DNA of 64,000 nucleotides from Eledone cirrhosa (Eukaryota): contig OZ024741.1 in the NCBI GenBank assembly GCA_964016885.1, forward strand, positions 114,824,001 to 114,888,000, read 5' to 3'. Both the position numbers and the translations under genes were made by a program. Below the pieces are notes generated by a model that worked only from the letters and a program-made list of their open reading frames with translations, did not search any database and was not told the DNA's origin. Position 1 is the first letter of the stretch. Every line of letters begins with the position of its first letter. Below, piece after piece: positions 59,871 to 64,000 of this stretch.

Positions 59871-60581
59871 TTATAACAACTATATGTTTCGTCTTTTTAC
59901 AAGCTTGATGGACAGGTTAATGGGAAACTTATCGGTAACAATGATATAAACTAAAATGATTATACACATAAATATAACGATTGAGGACGTCTCTAAACAA
60001 CAACTTCGATCTAATTAGTTTATATCAGAGACAGTTTGAAAACAATTCTGATCCTCCATCCATAAAACATCTCAAATAAGTTCATAAACAGACCTACCAT
60101 TCGGAGCTATCCCGAACAAAGCTGCTATCAGAAGAGATCATGACCCAAAACTGTGCTTTACGTTCCATGCAGTCATATATTTGGGTGAGACCAGCTTCAT
60201 TTCCTAGAAGTATGTTTAGAGAAATATCGTAAAGTCGTTAAACTCGAGAGTACAGAGAAATCAGGCATGGGGGGATATTTGTGGAGAGAAGAGAGCAGTG
60301 ATCAACCTTTATGGAAATGGTCAGGTTATTAGATAGATATGAATTAATAAACAGACCCTTAACAAACATATGAAAGATGAAGACTCCATTATGAATAATG
60401 TGAATAATGAAGATATCTAAACTTCATCTGTACATAGGTATTATATGGAACACCTATGAAGAACTTCATGAACGTCACCTGTAGAGTGGGGAGTAATATT
60501 CAAGAAAGTTGGTAATCTGGTTATTCAGATTTGTCCCATCACCACCAAAGACGGCGCTGCCATTAAGACAAACTAGGAAGT

Positions 60582-60705
<124 letters not shown>

Positions 60706-60851
60706 CATACATATATATATATATATGATGATTTCTAATGAATGAAACAGTTCTAGTCCTGTAGAATCTCATCTATAATAAAACTGTTATACTCTGCTAT
60801 GTATTGAGTACCTTACTTACTGTGGTTACCTCCGATTCAACCCGGAATAAC

Positions 60852-61459
<608 letters not shown>

Positions 61460-61712
61460 ATAATAGAAACAAACGAGGAAGTTTCGTCTACATATAAAAA
61501 CAGATTTATTGTGTATCGACCTGTTACGCGTGTTTCGCAGAGAATTGGCTCAAGGTTACCTTGAGCCGATCCTGTGTGAAACGCACGTAAGAGATCGATA
61601 CACAAATATTTTTAATATGTAAATGAAATTTCCTCGTTTCTCTCTATTATATACGCTCTGCCTGTGCATAGCGTGCTTGAATTGGTACCAACTCCAGTAA
61701 TTCACTGTACTA
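61460..61712. mobile_element. Family N fold-back: ~190-bp imperfect hairpin (61460-61650) with right arm extended through a variant bulged helix (61653-61674)
   Basis: Centre ggctcaag-gttac-cttgagcc; each arm has a GAAAC..GTA half-HHR. Confidence 0.65.
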
Positions 61713-61730
61713 CCCCCCCCCCCCCACATA

Positions 61731-61769
<39 letters not shown>

Positions 61770-61828
61770 ATATATATATACAATATATATATATATACTG
61801 TATATATATATATATATATATATATACA

Positions 61829-61874
<46 letters not shown>

Positions 61875-62324
61875 CGTTTTTTTTTAATCCGACAGAATAA
61901 TTATTTTTATATTGTTGCATTAAATGATTTAAGGTTTATCAATTATTACCGTTTTCGATTTGTATGGTCGATCTAAACTGATAATAAAATTGTCTCTTTT
62001 CATAGTCTGCGGACTTTTAAACAAATGGGTGATTTCTCTCGAAGTATCTTCTTATATATATATTTTTATCTTGTTTGGGAAATCATTCTTTGGCATGATA
62101 ACATTCTCATCTACCCAATGTAATTTTGCAGACAACCACAGCATGTAATCTCATAAATTAGATTTTCAGAGATGCAGGTGAAATTTTCTTATACACTGAA
62201 CATAAATCGCCAACAAGCTAAAAGAAATGTGATGAAAACACCAAACATGCACACACACACACAGACATATATATATATATGCATGTATGTGTATATATTT
62301 ATGTCTTTACATGTATAAATTATG

Positions 62325-62419
<95 letters not shown>

Positions 62420-62423
<4 letters not shown>

Positions 62424-62670
62424 AGTATGTATACGTACATACATATATGTGTACAGAGGCACAGTAGTATGTATATAAATACATACATGCACAGATATAT
62501 ATATGTACGTATTTATTATAATGTTCGGTTTGTTTGTAAACAAACAGCCTGAATTACGCCGTACAGTGCACAGCGTCTGTACACATATATGTATGTACGT
62601 ATACATACTTATATTTAGGTATCAGCCGTACTAAGAGTGAGAAATGAAATTTCGTTTCATTATTTTCCAT
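62420..62670 (+). repeat. Diverged, rearranged family B-related fragment
   Basis: ccgtactaagagtgagaaatgaaatttcgttt and acagcctgaatt motifs. Confidence 0.55.
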
Positions 62671-63296
62671 TTATATATATATATATATATATACACACAT
62701 TATATATATATATATATTAATAACTGCTCCTAGTCTGAGCTGAAAGCCGCCTCATATATACGACTGTTATTTCTAGCAGTACGGTTATGAGACTAGCTAG
62801 ATACTGTTAAACCATGTGCGTCACGCAGTCTTTTAATTTATTTAGAAGTGAAGCATATCAATTTGTCCCTGGATGTTTACTGAGGAGTGCAGGACATGAT
62901 ATTCCTACACTTATTTAACTCGAAACATATTTGGATTTTAAAGTTTAAACTTATCTACGGAACAGGTTTGATTTTGAAATTTAAATGTGTCTAAACATCA
63001 TAGCCTCTTGGCAATGCAGTTCGTCTTTGTTGATTTATTATTTTAAATCGATATGGACAAACTGTAGTATAATAATTAGTATACTTCAATCTGGCTAAAT
63101 TTTCTTTTGCAATATATATACAGATGTGTTGGTATCTGTGTTTCATCACATACATATTAGTTTATATATATATATATACACATAGATACATATATATATA
63201 TTTATATGTATATATATAATTATATATATATATATATATATCACGATAAATTAACGGAGCCATAGATTCTCGTTATTCCCTGTCAATAATTGTATC

Positions 63297-63456
63297 TACT
63301 TTTGGCACAAGGCCAGCAATTATACCAGTGTATTACTGGTACTTTATTTTATCGACCCCGTAAGGATGAAAGGCAAAGTTAACCTCGGCGGGATTTTAAC
63401 TCAATCTGTAAAGGGACGTAACTGTGCTGCAAAGCATGGCGTCCGACCCTCTACCG
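63297..63456 (-). mobile_element. SINE, same family as 45031/51161
   Basis: Reverse complement of the SINE consensus seen in this window. Confidence 0.75.
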
Positions 63457-63729
63457 AAAATAATGTTCTCAAAGAAAAAGGAATCCCGAGCTCTTTAAAA
63501 TACAATATGTTGAAAAGATAACACACTAGAGAGAGATAGTGTGCCATCAATAAAACAGGGTAAACTACTAGTGTATGGATATATATATATATAAATGTGT
63601 GTGCGCGCGCGCGCGTGTGTGTGCTCGGTCGACGTCATTTTTAATCGGTTTGTGATTTGTTGCATTTCATTTAAATCTGAATAACTTCTAATTGCAGAAT
63701 ATTTGTTGTTGTGCACACTGTCTCCTAAA

Positions 63730-63792
<63 letters not shown>

Positions 63793-64000
63793 GGGGAGAG
63801 GGAGACGTAAATAAATATATTTACAGATCGAGATGTATTTAATTCTAAGTCGCCAGATAGCCAGCTATCTCAAGCATCAGAAAGCTGTATTTATGGTCGA
63901 TGAAAGTGGGGTTAAATGTTATCGCTTTAATTTAGAATCTGAATAAATATATACCGTGAATTATACATACATACATGTAATCTCTCTACCAAATATAATT

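Overview
This is very AT-rich eukaryotic DNA made almost entirely of repeats. It is most likely cephalopod/Octopus-like (an inference from the tRNA-derived SINEs and huge (TA)n arrays). I see no host gene, and the many YIYI ORFs are translations of (TA)n. Bases 1-43 kb are a (TA)n-microsatellite landscape filled with Penelope-like elements (PLE; RT plus GIY-YIG, Naiad-like) and non-coding retrozyme-like partners. By eye I count about 25 type-I hammerhead ribozyme (HHR) motifs in about 11 sequence families, two of them with a compensatory U3:A8 core. The main observation is a covarying 2-nt-bulged helix, RCTC-stem-loop-stem-TN-GAGY, shared by nine otherwise unrelated families (plus one variant). 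It lies 3' of the HHR wherever an HHR is visible. Many element/(TA)n junctions end within about 0-10 nt upstream of it, and head-to-head inverted dimers pair one such 'short' end with one 'long' end running past the helix. This suggests a cis-acting RT-positioning or template-boundary RNA element for microsatellite-primed retrotransposition. Bases 44-64 kb hold a near full-length but disrupted Tx1/L1-type LINE inserted in (ATT)n within a tandem SINE array, R4/Dong-like RLE-LINE relics, further SINEs and hairpins. A non-autonomous Helitron lies at 38.0-38.8 kb.
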